The notes: a model not told the origin generated them from the sequence alone. Shown: positions 10,816 through 22,987, counted from the first letter of the stretch. The stretch: 64,000 bases of DNA from Sphyrna mokarran (GCA_024679065.1 JAGIQG010000040.1:10974001-11038000), one strand, 5' to 3'. Numbers and translations: made by a program.

Positions 10816-13673
10816 TTATCCTCTCGTGTTTCTCCAAACTCTGGGGGAAAAAAGACCCACCATGTTCCCCCCTTGAAGAGAGAGTGAATTGTTGCTGGTT
10901 TCTTCCCTAAGGAAAGCATACATTGATTCAATAGTTCCAACTGATAGGAAAAGCAAATTAGTGCAGATGCTGGTATCTGAAATCAAAAGAGAAAATGCTG
11001 GAAAATCTCAGCAGGTCTGACAGTATCTCTAAGGACAGAAAAGAGCTGATATCGCGAGTCCAGATGACCCTTTGTCAAACATTATCTTGAATGCCTTCAA
11101 CACTGACTATCCACAACTCTCGGGTGCACATAATTCTCACATTCACCACAATGGCTTTGACTGAAGAAGTCTCTCCCCTTCTCAGTCCAAATGGCTGAAC
11201 AGGTTTTCTGCAAATCTGACCCCAAGTTACAGACTTTCTACTCTAGAAAAACACAAACACCCAGAGTTTGTCTTGTCATATCCTTTGAGAATAAAATAAA
11301 TTCTATTGAGTTCACTCCTTATTCCTTTAATCTTAATGTAAGTGAAAAAGGCAATGGGTCTTCAATCCCTTCTCAAAGGACAAGCATTTTATCCAAAGAC
11401 TCTATTTGAAGAACTATCGTTAAATTCCCTCTGAAATATGTAGATCCTTCCTAAACAAAGAGACCAAATATTACACTACAACCATAATCTCCACAAATTT
11501 CAATATCAATCCTGAGATGTTAGGGTGTTGTATTTTCAGTTTTCTTCAGAAACAATCCAATCCTTCTCTCTCTGTCGATTAGAACAAAGAACAAAGAATA
11601 AAACAGCACGGGAAACAGCCCCTTCGGCCCAACGAGCCCGCTCTGCCACCCCGATATTCCCACCTCTACCCGCGATCCCTGTCCATGTTTATAGATCTAT
11701 GGTTTAAAAACCAAATTTGAGACAATTTAGGGAGAATTTGTTTTGCTAATTGCTTGTTCTAATGGAATATCACCTTCGCATTTGTTTGCTGTTGTTCCTG
11801 TTCCCCTTCAGACGATTTTCACATCATCTTTACTCTCTCATTGCACTGTGTGATTTCAATTAACAGTAATCAGGAATACAAATATATTACAGCAATAGCT
11901 CAGAAACAACCATCACCGCCCTTCTGTATGTCCTGACCCATTGGCAGGACAGACTCAGCAGAGCTGGCGGCACAATGGGGTATAGTCGGGAACCACTTGC
12001 CCTGAGAGTTCTCAACATCGACTCTGAACCGCATAAACACTTCTGACATCAGGTCAGACATTGACAAGGGAACTGCTGCTGACTACTACGTGGCTCCGCT
12101 GATGTATCTAAACTCCTCTATTTTGAACAAAAAAAAATGAAGGAAGCAGTGAAGATGGCAAGAACACAGAATGAACTCTGTTTGGGGGGCTTGAATATTC
12201 ATCACTACGATTGGCTCGATAGCATATAGCTCGACATAACTGCTAAACTGGAACTGTGGCAGGGAGCAAGGAAACTGCCAAGAGGGCAAAACACATACTT
12301 GACCTCATCCTCAGCAAAATAATTGCCGCAGAGGCATCACCAGAGCAGTGTCAGCAGGACTGACAACTTACAGTCCTCGTGGACACAAAGTCCTGTCTTC
12401 ACATTGAGCTACGCTCCATCCTGTCGTCTGCCACAGTCACTGTGCTAAATGGGATAGGGTTTGAGCCGATCTAGCAACTCATTACTCGGCATCCATGAGG
12501 CATTATGGACCATCGGCAGCAGCATTGCACTGAAACCCAATCTGTAACCTTGTGGCTCAGCATATCCACTGCAGTGACATTAGCAGACACGGGATTAACA
12601 CTGGTTCAATGAAGACTCCAGGAAGCAACAGCAGCAGCAACACCAGGCAATGCTATAAGTGATTTGTCAATCCAGTAAAGATAAGGCTAAGCTTTGGCAA
12701 CAATTTTCATCCTGAGGTATTGAGTGGATGATCCATCTCAACTACGTCCGGAGGTTCGTAGTGTCGCTGATGTCAGTTTCCATCAAACTGAATTCACTCC
12801 ATGTGATTTCAGTACCGGCTGAAGGCAATGGATGCTGCAAAGACTGTGGGCCCTGGAAATATGCTTGTAACAGTACAGAAGACCTATGCTCCAGAATTAA
12901 CCACTCACGGTGGAAAATGAAAAGAAAAGTTATTGTTTATATTGAGGAAAATTTTTAAATATATACAATGTCATTGATTCCAGTCATTGACTTCTCTAAT
13001 ACAAAATTCCTTCAAACCTAGAATAAGTATTGTTTAATTCTCTGTTCGCAGTCTGGGTCAGATAATGATGGAGTCGCTGCCTTTAAATGACATCGATCTC
13101 ATTCAGCCGGTAGCTTATTCACATTGCACGGCTGGGACTGCGATCTATTGCCGAGGAGAGAGCTCTGACATTCCGCTGTGGGGCTGTAAACGGCAGACAT
13201 ATCTCTCACATTCACTTCTTACAACCAGACTGGATTCTAGAGTGTCCTCAATTTAAGTTTGTTGAAAAAAAAACTATCAGGAGTGTCAGACTGGTTGATG
13301 TTGATGTGCCTCTTAAAGCAACGTTCGCCCAGATGTTGTCAACTCTCTCAGAACCCTGAACACCAGGACCCGCACCCCGCGCCCCACCACCCTCTCGCCC
13401 CGAACCCCCTCCGCCCCCGCCCCAGTCTCCCCCCAAAGTTTCATCCCACTACCGCTGCCCCGCTGACAAACTCCATCAGCTCTCAAAGAGACTTTCCCCG
13501 GAACTGACTGGAGCCAGTTCCAGAATCACACCCTGCTCCCAACTCCTAATCTGTAACGGATGATTTTCCACAGGAAGATTGGATGGGATTGAAACCAGAC
13601 TGATCACAATGATAAAGTGAAGGGGGAGATTAAAGGAGACAGACTGTAACAAGACGGGATTGGAGTCACTTAC

Positions 13674-13723
13674 CGGCTGTGACCCTCACCACCGTCCCGG
13701 ATCCATCCGCATAATCATATTTA
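13674..13723 (-). CDS. NAR-type J segment (KYDYADGSGTVVRVTA)
   Basis: DG-x-GT motif as in IgNAR J segments; GTAAGT donor at 13673; phase 1; perfect 23-RSS upstream. Confidence 0.92.
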
Positions 13724-13762
13724 CACAGTGACTCCATCTTCAATCTCCCCGGTACAAAAACC
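13724..13762 (+). other. 23-RSS of the NAR-type J
   Basis: CACAGTG (13724-13730), 23 nt, ACAAAAACC (13754-13762): perfect consensus. Confidence 0.95.
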
Positions 13763-14074
13763 ACCAATATCCCAATCTGCCGGAAAACCATCACCAGTCA
13801 TTGAGAAGTGTCCAATTATTCGGGGGATTTAAAATCAATAAATAATACTCAAGGTTTCAACGTCTCTGTCGGTTCAAATTGTAATTTTGTGAGGCCCGAT
13901 CTCTCAGTAAATGGCCGCAGGAAGGAAATATTCACTTTATATATAGCAAAAAAAATCAAGGAAAGATGTGAATGGTGGAGATTACAGTAGAAATAATCCC
14001 GATCACAGCGATAATATCATCAAACCAATGATTCACTCTCTGGGTACTGAGTATTGATAGTGTAATTGTGCACA

Positions 14075-14146
14075 GGTATTTGTTCAACTTCTTTCCACCG
14101 TGACCATCCCATATATTACACAGTGTTACAATTCAGCATCAAAACC
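14075..14146 (-). other. D segment (coding 14103-14118, TAATATATGGGATGGT) flanked by 12/12 RSSs
   Basis: V-facing side: CACAGTG (14119-14125), 12 nt, ATCAAAACC (14138-14146). J-facing side: CACGGTG (14102-14096), 12 nt, ACAAATACC (14083-14075). Confidence 0.9.
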
Positions 14147-14495
14147 TCGGGGACTGGGTGGGATGTTGGAACATGAATTAAACAGCGCGGAAAGTGGCTC
14201 CCAGTTCCGGCTGTGAGCCGAGGATCCCATCTGGTGTCAGGGTTTGTAACTGGGATCAGTCATTTCCATTCTCAATTCACCGACAACACTCCCGGGAATG
14301 ACAGCCCCATCCACTCACACTCCGTATTTATAAAACTCAACATAGCAACGGTGATAATCAGGTCTTATTAAAAATAAACTGTGGCACCGGGAGTTTGAGA
14401 TACAATTGTGGCGATTGCGGGAGGCAGACAGGGGGTACCGTTCAGGGTAGATAAACTCCGGTTTTTGCTTTGGTTCTGTGAGAATCTGCAGAGAG

Positions 14496-14533
14496 AGTTT
14501 TTGTATCGCGGGAAGCCGAGGCCCATCACTGTG
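14496..14533 (-). other. 22-bp-spacer RSS of the NAR-type V
   Basis: CACAGTG (14533-14527), 22 nt, ACAAAAACT (14504-14496). Confidence 0.92.
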
Positions 14534-14820
14534 TCTGTATTTATAATGAGCTTTACAGTAATAGGTGGCGGCGTCTTCAACTCTCAAATCCCGAATTTCC
14601 AGCGAAAACGTCTTTTCTGCTTTGTTCACAGACACAATAAATCTCCCTCCGTTGGAGATCCGCTCCCGCTCCTTCCCGGGCTGGGTTTGTTTGAAGAACT
14701 CGCCGTTAACCAAAGGGCGAGCAAAGAATCCACCATAGAAAACACAGTTGATGGTGAGAGACTGACACTCCTTCTTGGTCACCGCTTCTGGGCTTTGTAC
14801 CACCGACTGACTGAAAGATC
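14534..14820 (-). CDS. Rearranging NAR-TCR-type V segment
   Basis: Acceptor atttccAG before 14820, in frame with the leader. (R)SFSQSVVQSPEAVTKKECQSLTINC...GEFFKQ...ERISNGGRF...DAATYYCKAHYKYR; short FR2-CDR2 region as in IgNAR V, extra FR1 (A-B loop) Cys at 14767-14765. Confidence 0.92.
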
Positions 14821-14968
14821 CTGGAAATTAAACACAGAGAGTTTAATGGACCATCAGATCCGAACCACACAACGGGGCTAAAACCCCAAACAGAGTCTGT
14901 AATTGGGATGGACTGGGACAGCTTTATATCCAATCCACACAATGTGGGTTAGTTTGATCGGTACTCAC

Positions 14969-15011
14969 GGGGTAAACAGGCACACAGGGTGAAAACAAGA
15001 AGGATTCTCAT
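14969..15011 (-). CDS. Leader (signal peptide) exon MRILLVFTLCACLP
   Basis: ATG at 15011, hydrophobic core, 43 nt phase 1, GTGAGT donor, 148-nt intron to the V exon. Confidence 0.9.
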
Positions 15012-15029
15012 CTCCCTGCTGCCCGGAGC

Positions 15030-15050
15030 TGATGGTTTATGTGACGGGGA
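15030..15050 (-). promoter_or_regulatory. Candidate V promoter elements (CRE half-site next to CATAAA)
   Basis: Minus strand reads CGTCACATAAA about 25-35 nt upstream of the leader ATG; CRE-like motifs are typical of TCR V promoters. Motif match only. Confidence 0.3.
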
Positions 15051-15299
15051 GCTGGAGACTGCAGAGTCTGACTGCTCTGGGACACTGGATCTCAGAACTG
15101 AACTGAAATACCTCAGGCCTGAACATTGTTAATTTAGGCCACGCCCATTGTTTAAAAGAAAACTCGAGAATGGAAAGGTGACAGAAAGCTGGGAAGATTC
15201 AGTCGAGGCTCCACAGTTATCACTGACTCGGAGCTCCCGACCCCAAAATCTGATCCCGTAACTCCTCTGGGTGTTGCCTCTCAGGGTTTGTGATGGTCC

Positions 15300-17330
15300 C
15301 TCTTTGTCAAAAGTAAGGAAGATTCTTCTTTTATTTCCGTGTCCAATTGTAGAGATGGCAGTCAGGGCAATGATATGCTCCTCCTGCTAGATGTGGGAGA
15401 TTAGGGAACTGTCTAGAGTCTCTGGCGATCATGTCTGCAGGAAGTGTGATCAGCTGTAGTTCCTCACACACCGCAGGGTTCGGTTGGAGCAGCGGCTGGA
15501 AACAATCTCACTGGATCCAGGGGGAGGGAGCCAAATGGATACAAAATTGGCGTGATGACAGAAGCCAGAGGGTGGTTCTAGAGAGTTGTTTTTCAAACTG
15601 GAGGACAGTGAAGAGCAGTGTGCTTCATGGATCGGTGCTGGGTACACTGTTATTTGTCATTTTTATTAATAATTTGGATGAGAAATTTAGAGGCATGGTT
15701 AGTAAGATTATAGATGACACCAAGATTGGTGACATAGTGGACAGTGAAGAAGGTTACCACGGATTGCAACGGGATCTTTATCAATTGGGCTAGTGGAGTG
15801 ATGAACGGAAGATGGAGTTTTATTTAGATAAATGCGAGGTGATCCATTTTGGTCAATCAAACCAGGACAGAACTTACTCATTTAATGGCAGGGTGTTGTG
15901 CAGAGTTATAGAACAAAAAGATCTAGCGGTAACGGGTTCGTAGCTCATTGAACGTGGAGTCACAGGTGGACAGAGTGGTAAAGAAGGCATTCAGTATGTT
16001 TCGTTTAATCATTAGAACCTGAATACAAGAGTTGGGACTTCGTGTTGAAGTTGCACAAGACATTGGTAAGGCCACACCTGGAATACTATGTGCAATTCTG
16101 ATCATCCTATTATAGAAAAGATATTATTAAACTAGAAAGAATGCAGAAAAGATTTATTAGGATGCTACTGGGACTTCATGGTTTGAGTTATAAGGAAAGG
16201 TTGGGTTTTTTTTCCCCTGGACTGTATAAGATTGAGCGGTGATCTTATAGGGGTGAATGTCGCCTAAACGGGTCGATATAATAATGAGGGGCATAGATCA
16301 GTTTGATGGGCAAATTTTTTTCCAAAACGTAGGGGAGTCTAAAACTAAAGTGTGTAAATTTGAGCTGAGAGGGGAGAGTTACAAGATGTTCCAGAAGGAC
16401 AATTTATTCACACAGAGGGTGGTGAGTGTCTGGAACAAGCTACCAAGGGTAGTAGTAGAGGCGGGTACAACTTGTATTTTTAAAAATATTTTGGACAGTT
16501 ACATGGGTAAAATGAGTATGGAGGGATATGGACCAAACATGACAAGTGGGCCTAGCTTAGTGTTTAATAAAAGGGTGACATGGATAAATTGGGCCGAAGG
16601 GCCTGTTTCTACGCTGTAAACCTCTATGACTCTATGGCTGCCGAACATACAGGGAGAAGTGAGTGTGATAGAACTAGCTTCAAGAAGGTGTCACACCACA
16701 AGTCCACATCCAGATAGATAGAAGAGTGACTGCCAGGATAGACAGGCATGTATTGCAGCAGTTTTGTGACAATTCCCTCTCATGCAGATATACTGTTTTG
16801 GATAATGTTGGGGGAGGGGAAATAGCCTCTCAGGGGAAAATACCAGCAGCAGCCAGACTTCTGGCACCATGACTAGTTCTACTGTAGAGAAGGATCGAGC
16901 TAGGTCCAAGTGAATGAAAGTCGTAGAAGAACTCGATAGTCAGGAGCATAGACATGCGTTTTCATGGCAGCGAACAACATTCTAGGATGTTGTGTGGTCT
17001 CAATGGTTTCAGAATCCTGGGTGTCTCTGAGCAGGTACAGGGCATCCTGAAACGGGAATGTGAACAGATAGATGTCATTGTCCACATTGGCATTAATGAC
17101 AGAGGGGAAAGGGGAAAGAATGAAAGGGGAAGAGGGCCTGTGAAGACAACTCAGGGAGTTAGACAGAGCAGGACCTCTGGGATAGTAATCTCAGGATTAT
17201 TCTCCATGCTACTTGCTAGTAAGGCTTGCAAAAGGGAGATAGTATAATTGAATCTGTGGCTAAAGACCGGGTGTTTGAGGAAGGGCTTTAGATATATGAA
17301 TCACGGGGATATCTTCAGACAAATGAAGGA
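15300..17330 (+). mobile_element. Decayed CR1 LINE fragments (RT region about 15510-16635 nested in ORF1/esterase-like remnants)
   Basis: Degenerate '[17 protein letters not shown]...DDTKIG' in ORF 15431-15793; tail '(ctctatga)n' at about 16622-16635; flanking fragments include 'VIVHIGIND'. Confidence 0.7.
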
Positions 17331-17454
17331 TCGTATTGGAGGATTGTGTTTTTTTTTCTTATTCCTATTGTATTTATTTTAATATAATTTAATGCAGATG
17401 AACCTATTCACATAATCTATACCAATCTCAGGAACAGTGACAGTGAACTCGAAG

Positions 17455-17700
17455 ACATACACACACGAACACATTCACAGATATGCACTCTCAAACCGAC
17501 ACAGGAAAACTCACAGGCACACACACACAAACATATACAGATATACACAATCTCAAACAAATAGCTGCAGACAAACTGGCACACACAATCACATTCACGA
17601 ACACACACAGACATGCACACAAAAACATAGACTTACACAAACACAAGCAGTGACACACGCAGACATACAACTATCACACACACTCTCACAAACAAAGAGA
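17455..17700. repeat. Degenerate CA-rich microsatellite
   Basis: Imperfect (CA)n tract. Confidence 0.8.
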
Positions 17701-17764
17701 TAAACTGAGACAATGACCAGTTGATGTTATTCTCTAATCCACCTGCTGCAAACTAAAATAATAT

Positions 17765-18655
17765 AAGAACTCTCACAACACCAGGCTAAATTCCAACAGG
17801 TTTATTTGGTAGCAAAAGCCACAAGTTTTAAGAGAGGTTCTCCTTCCTCGGGTGAGTGGGAGTTCTGTTCACAAGCAGGGCATATAATGACAGAAACTCA
17901 ATTTACAAAATAATGGCTGGAATGCAAATTTTTATAGGTTATCAGGTCTTAAACATACAGATAATGTGAGTTGGGAGAGGGTTCAGCAAGTTTAAAGAGA
18001 TGTGCGTTGTCTCTAGCCGAGACAGTAAGTGAGATTTGGCAAGAACAAGGAAAGTCATGGGGGTTTCAGTTAGCGTGACGTGAACCCAAGATCCCGGTTC
18101 AGGCGTTCTCATGTGTTTAGAATTTGGCTATCAGTCTGTGCTCAGTGATTCTGTACTGTCGTGTGTGGTGAAGGCTGCCTTGGACAAAGTGTACTGAAGA
18201 TCAGAGGCCGATTGCCCGTGACCGCTGAAGTGTTCCCCAACAGGAAGAGAATACTCTTGCCTCATGATTGTCGACTGGTTTTCATTCAACCGTTGTGGTA
18301 GTATCTGCATGGTCTCTCCAATGTACCATGCTCTGGACATCCTTTCCTGCAGCATTTCAGGTAGACAACGTTGGCCAAGTTGCAAGGATATGCACCGTGT
18401 ACTGGGTGGATGGTGCTCTATGTGAGACTGTACCTTTAACACTTGATTACCCGTAAAGACTCGCATTCCAACCATTATTTTGCAAATTGAGCTTGTATTT
18501 TATATGCCCTGTTTATGAACTGAACTCTCACTTATCTGACGAAGGGCAGTACTCCAAAAGCTTTTGCTACCAAATATACCTGTTGGACTTTAACCCGGTG
18601 TTGTGAGACTTCTGACTATGGTTAGCCCAGTCCGATGCCGGCATCGCCACGTCAT
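17765..18655 (-). mobile_element. Penelope-like element remnant with GIY-YIG fragment and inverted terminal repeats
   Basis: ORF 18131-18475 contains YIGET...L..RLNE...LPVGEHF. About 17765-17900 and 18470-18612 are inverted copies of each other (ctcacaacaccagg...tttggtagcaaaagc / gcttttgctaccaaa...ccggtgttgtgag). Confidence 0.75.
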
Positions 18656-19129
18656 CACTAAAATCATAACAGAAGTAAATCAAAAGTTTGTGAAATGAGA
18701 AAATGTATAAATTTTCATAGCTCAGAATGGGGGTACAATTGATGATTTCTCTGTTGTCTGTGATCTTTGAACAAATACAGAATTAGAAAGATTATAATAT
18801 TTGAATAGTAATATCTAATGTATAAAGTATCTGGGAACAGAGCGATTTGACACAGACTGGAAGACAGACTGAGGTAATGAGATTGAAGCAGCTGTTCCGA
18901 ATGAATGGTTTTATTGCAGAGAAGGATGTGTGGATGGGAGAGAGAGAGATGGATGGAAAGAAGGAGGGAGGGTGAGATGGATGGAGGGGTAGATAGGTGA
19001 ATAGAGGCGAATGTAAGAAGCTGAAGTTTCCAGTTGAAGAGGTTCCCAGTGTCTCTGAGCAGCTGAACTGGGGAAGCCTTTGGGCAGACACGGTGCTGCT
19101 GCTATTTCCCTTCCTGACCATCAGTCGTC

Positions 19130-19745
19130 GTTGTGACACGCCCGGACACTGCTCCGCCCAGTGTCACCTCTTGCCCGCTTCGGCCCTTTTGCTGCTCGTT
19201 GGCGGAACATACGGGGCCTATAGAGAGGCGGGAACAGTAGCCATATTGTCGTGACGTCACCATCAACCCCTCCCCCCCCGGTCGAGGAAAAAAGGACGGT
19301 TCAGAAATGTAGAAAGTGAGAGAAATTCCCACCCGGAAATCCCACCGGGAGCGGAATTAAAATTAAACAAAATACATATTTTTATAAAGAGTCAAGTAGT
19401 GGAACTGCGCATGTGCCGTAGTATTTTCCCAGCGTACACCGCGCTTTGTGATTGTTTTAAAAAAACACGTAATTAAAAAAAAGAAACGATATTCCCGAAT
19501 GGAGAAGGAACCGAAAGTCTGACGGGTGAGGATGTGAATAGTAATCATCAAGATTCAAAATATTAAAAGATTAAAATGTAATTGCCTGGGCGCATGTGCG
19601 GCAGTGGAATTCTCCCAGAGTGCAGCGCGTGGGACGCCGTCTCCCTGGCAACGCAAAATGGCCGCTGGCCGTATCCCCTGGCAACGCAAGATGGCCGCGG
19701 CGGCGGCCGTCATTGCAGCGCAGGCGCAGTGAAGTCCTGCCTGCA
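19130..19745. promoter_or_regulatory. CpG-island promoter
   Basis: High CpG; full CRE TGACGTCA (19252-19259), ETS-like CCGGAA, NRF1-like GCGCATGTGC x2, YY1-like AAAATGGCCGC/AAGATGGCCGC, ZNF143-like TTCCCAGCGTACACCGCG. Confidence 0.65.
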
Positions 19746-20214
19746 GCCCATTGTCCAGATTGCCCCCCAGTGGATGTGGTGGGGATGGTGCAGCAGATGG
19801 AGCAACAATCCCAGTTTCAATGGGGGGAAGAGAAGCTGCAATGCTGCTCCCTGTTGTTCACTCCTCTCCCCAGTCTCAGCATTGCAGAGTGTTTGAACAA
19901 GAGGGTGCATTGTCACAGCAGCACCTACCCCTGCAGTTTAAGTTTATTTATTAGTGTCACTAATATGTCGGCTTACATTAGCACTGCAATGAAGTCACAG
20001 TGAAAATCCCCCAGTTGCCACACTCCATGCCTGTTCAGGTCCATTCAAGAATTTAGCATGACCAATGCATCCTAACGAGCACGTCTTTCAGACTGTGGAA
20101 GGAAACCAGAGCACCCGGAGTAAACCCACGCAGACATGGGGAGAATGCACAAATTCTATATAGCTAGTGACCCAAACCGGGAATCGAACCCGGCTTCCTT
20201 GCTGTTCTTTGCAT

Positions 20215-20850
20215 GAATCACAAAAAGCTAATAAGCAGCTAAAGCAAGTAATTAGGAAAGGTATCATTTGAGGGGAATTGGTTACATAAATATGGAGATT
20301 ATGCTTCAGTTATCCAGAGCACCAGTGAGACCAGATCTGAAGTATTGTGTACAGTATTGGTCATCTTGTTTAAGTAAGGATGTAAATGCATTGGAAGCAG
20401 TCAATTGACCAAACTAATGCCAGAAATGTGTGGACTATGGGTAAAACTTGAATAGGCTCGACTTGTGTCTGCTGGTGTTTAGAAGAGTGAGAGAAATTTG
20501 ATCAAAACATTGAAGATTCTGAAGGGTCTTGACAGATTGGTGTGGAGAGGATGTTTCTTCTTGTGTGAGAATCCAGAGATAGAGGTTCCTGTTTAAAAAA
20601 AAAAGTTCACACATTTAAAACAGAGGAGGTGAAATATTTTCTTTCAGAGAGTCATCTGGAATTCTCTTCAGAAAAAGCGGTGGGAGCAGAATCTTTGAAT
20701 ATTTTTAATGCTGTTATAGGATAGGTTCTTGGTAATAGATGATTGCGGGTAGGCAGGATGTAGATTTAAAGTTATCAGATCAGCCGTGATCTGATTAAAT
20801 GATGGAGCAGACTCAAGGGGTCAATTAGTCGAATCCTACTCCTTGTTCCT
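20215..20850 (+). mobile_element. Decayed CR1 LINE 3' fragment, preceded by a minus-strand SINE at about 19940-20200
   Basis: Degenerate 'gtgagaccagatctgaagtattgtgtacagtattggtc' and CR1-type tail. Confidence 0.6.
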
Positions 20851-22987
20851 GTGAAAACATTAGCAGTGAGATGTGTGACTGTCTTAGCCTGTTGTTCGAC
20901 TGCAGGAAATCTCAAGTTTAGTAGTTTGTAGCTTAGTCATGTGTAATGATCATGTAATTGAAGCTTATTAATCAATTAACCTGATGTCAAATTGTGCTTC
21001 ATTATAATATATTAGTATCATGTCACTGGCTTTGTCTGTAATTGCATTTTCATTTGACAAGTGTAATATATCACGTGAATGTGGACCAATGTAAATTTAC
21101 ACTTTTATACTTTAATTACAGAGTCCTGTGGATCCCATCAACTCTGGATGAGCTAAGATCTGGAACTGTGAACTCATCATCCATTGACAATAACAGTTAT
21201 ATTTGAGTTTCAGGCCATATTGTGTGAAGAAATCAGCTGTGAAGGTTCAAACTTCAGTACTGTGTCGTAAATTAGTTTAAACTTTTAACTTGTAATATCT
21301 TAAAAGAAGCACTCACTTTCCTTCACACTCTATAATTATATTTAGTTTGAAAAACTAAAGGTTTCAGTTTAATTTTTATAGCTCAGAAGTTATTCTGAAT
21401 CATTAGTTTTGAACTTTTATTAATTGAAGGTATTATATTGTATTTATATGTGTTTCCTGCTATTTCAGCTTTTTTACACTGATTTAATGTCCACCTTCTT
21501 TGGATTTCAGATATGAAATAACTTCATAATTTCTGTATTAGTTTAAGATTGTGTGTCACAATGTGTCCCTTTAATTCACTGTGTTCCAAGCTCTGGCAAC
21601 CATTACAAAAACCAACAAGCACTTTCTTTAACCAAAATATTTACTGATAGTCACCAGCCCCAGTGAGAACTCGAAAGGTTTCTACACATCAAATAGACAT
21701 TTGAGATACTGAACCCAAATGTTAACCATTAGGATTTGATACCATAAGCTTTCTTATTTCAAATAAGCGGACAAAGAAGCTCCATTATCTGAGTACAAAG
21801 CTCAGTTTAATGAAATCATAGAAAAGACATTTGGGACAAACTCTGAAAGTAACTGACACATTAGAGAGCCAGACGCAAAATTGCAGGAAATGATCAGTCG
21901 ATGATCATCACCATTAAGAAATCAATCAGAAACTGATTACACACCACCTAAATAAGTCAGGGACTGATTATGCAAACCAGTGTTCAGGAACACCAGGGAT
22001 CAGGTACAGGGGCTGTGTCTAGAAATGGTTAATAACCATCAGCTTTCAGCTGCCCAGTTCACAGCTCAGAAAAGCTGAGTAGGAAGAAGATAGACAACAG
22101 TCAACAGAACAAGAAACAGTGTCACAGTCGGCTGGAGAGTGTGGGCCAGTGTTACAAAGTGAACTGACTGCTTCCACTGCCTTTGTTAAGTTTTGCATTT
22201 TGCACTTGTGTGATTAACTGAGTAAATTCTGTAACAATATTTGCACCCAGTATGGTCCGGTAGCTAGTTGTAAATGGAAGTCCTTTTTAGATCAGCTCCC
22301 AACTAAATCCAACAATTGTAATTGACTTTAAGTCTTACATTTAAGTTGAAGTGAACCCACATCTTTCAGAAAATCTCTGCCAACTTTGGCACAGACCCCC
22401 AGCTGTTAGCCAGGAATTCTTTGTAGGAGTAGCTTGGGACCAGTTTTGCTTTTATCATTTCTGGAACCTAGGTCAATGCGGAGTGGTCTGTCTGGTTTTA
22501 TCATTGACTCTTCTGTAACAATATGACACAACTGAGCAGCTTGCTCAGATAGAGAGCTCTGAATCTAGAATATTACCTCTGTTCTGCAGAACAAGTAACT
22601 ATACTCTGTCTGTATTATAGCAGTGCTGTAATAAAGTCAGTTAAAGACAATCTGCTGAGACCAATATTACCCCTTACACAACCTCCAGAAAAACAGAACA
22701 CTGCTCATTATCACATTGCTGTTGAGCTTTACCCCGCTGAAATCAATATTATCCCTCACCCATTCTCCCCAACAACAGAACACTGGCAGAATCACATTGC
22801 TGTTGTGGATGCTGACTGCACACCAAGATGCACTGAGGTTGTGTAAGGAGCTATATAAATGCAAATTCTGTTGACTCCAGCCCAGTTACTGTACTTTGCA
22901 GCAACATCATCAACACTCCCCCAGTGTCATGACAAACAAGGTTCAGTCCTGAATCTGATGAACAACAGCAGAATCAGAGCAGAGCTG

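Noticed and set aside
14315-14533. C-terminal extension of the 162-aa V ORF
   Set aside because: Read-through into the RSS and V-D spacer, not coding after rearrangement.
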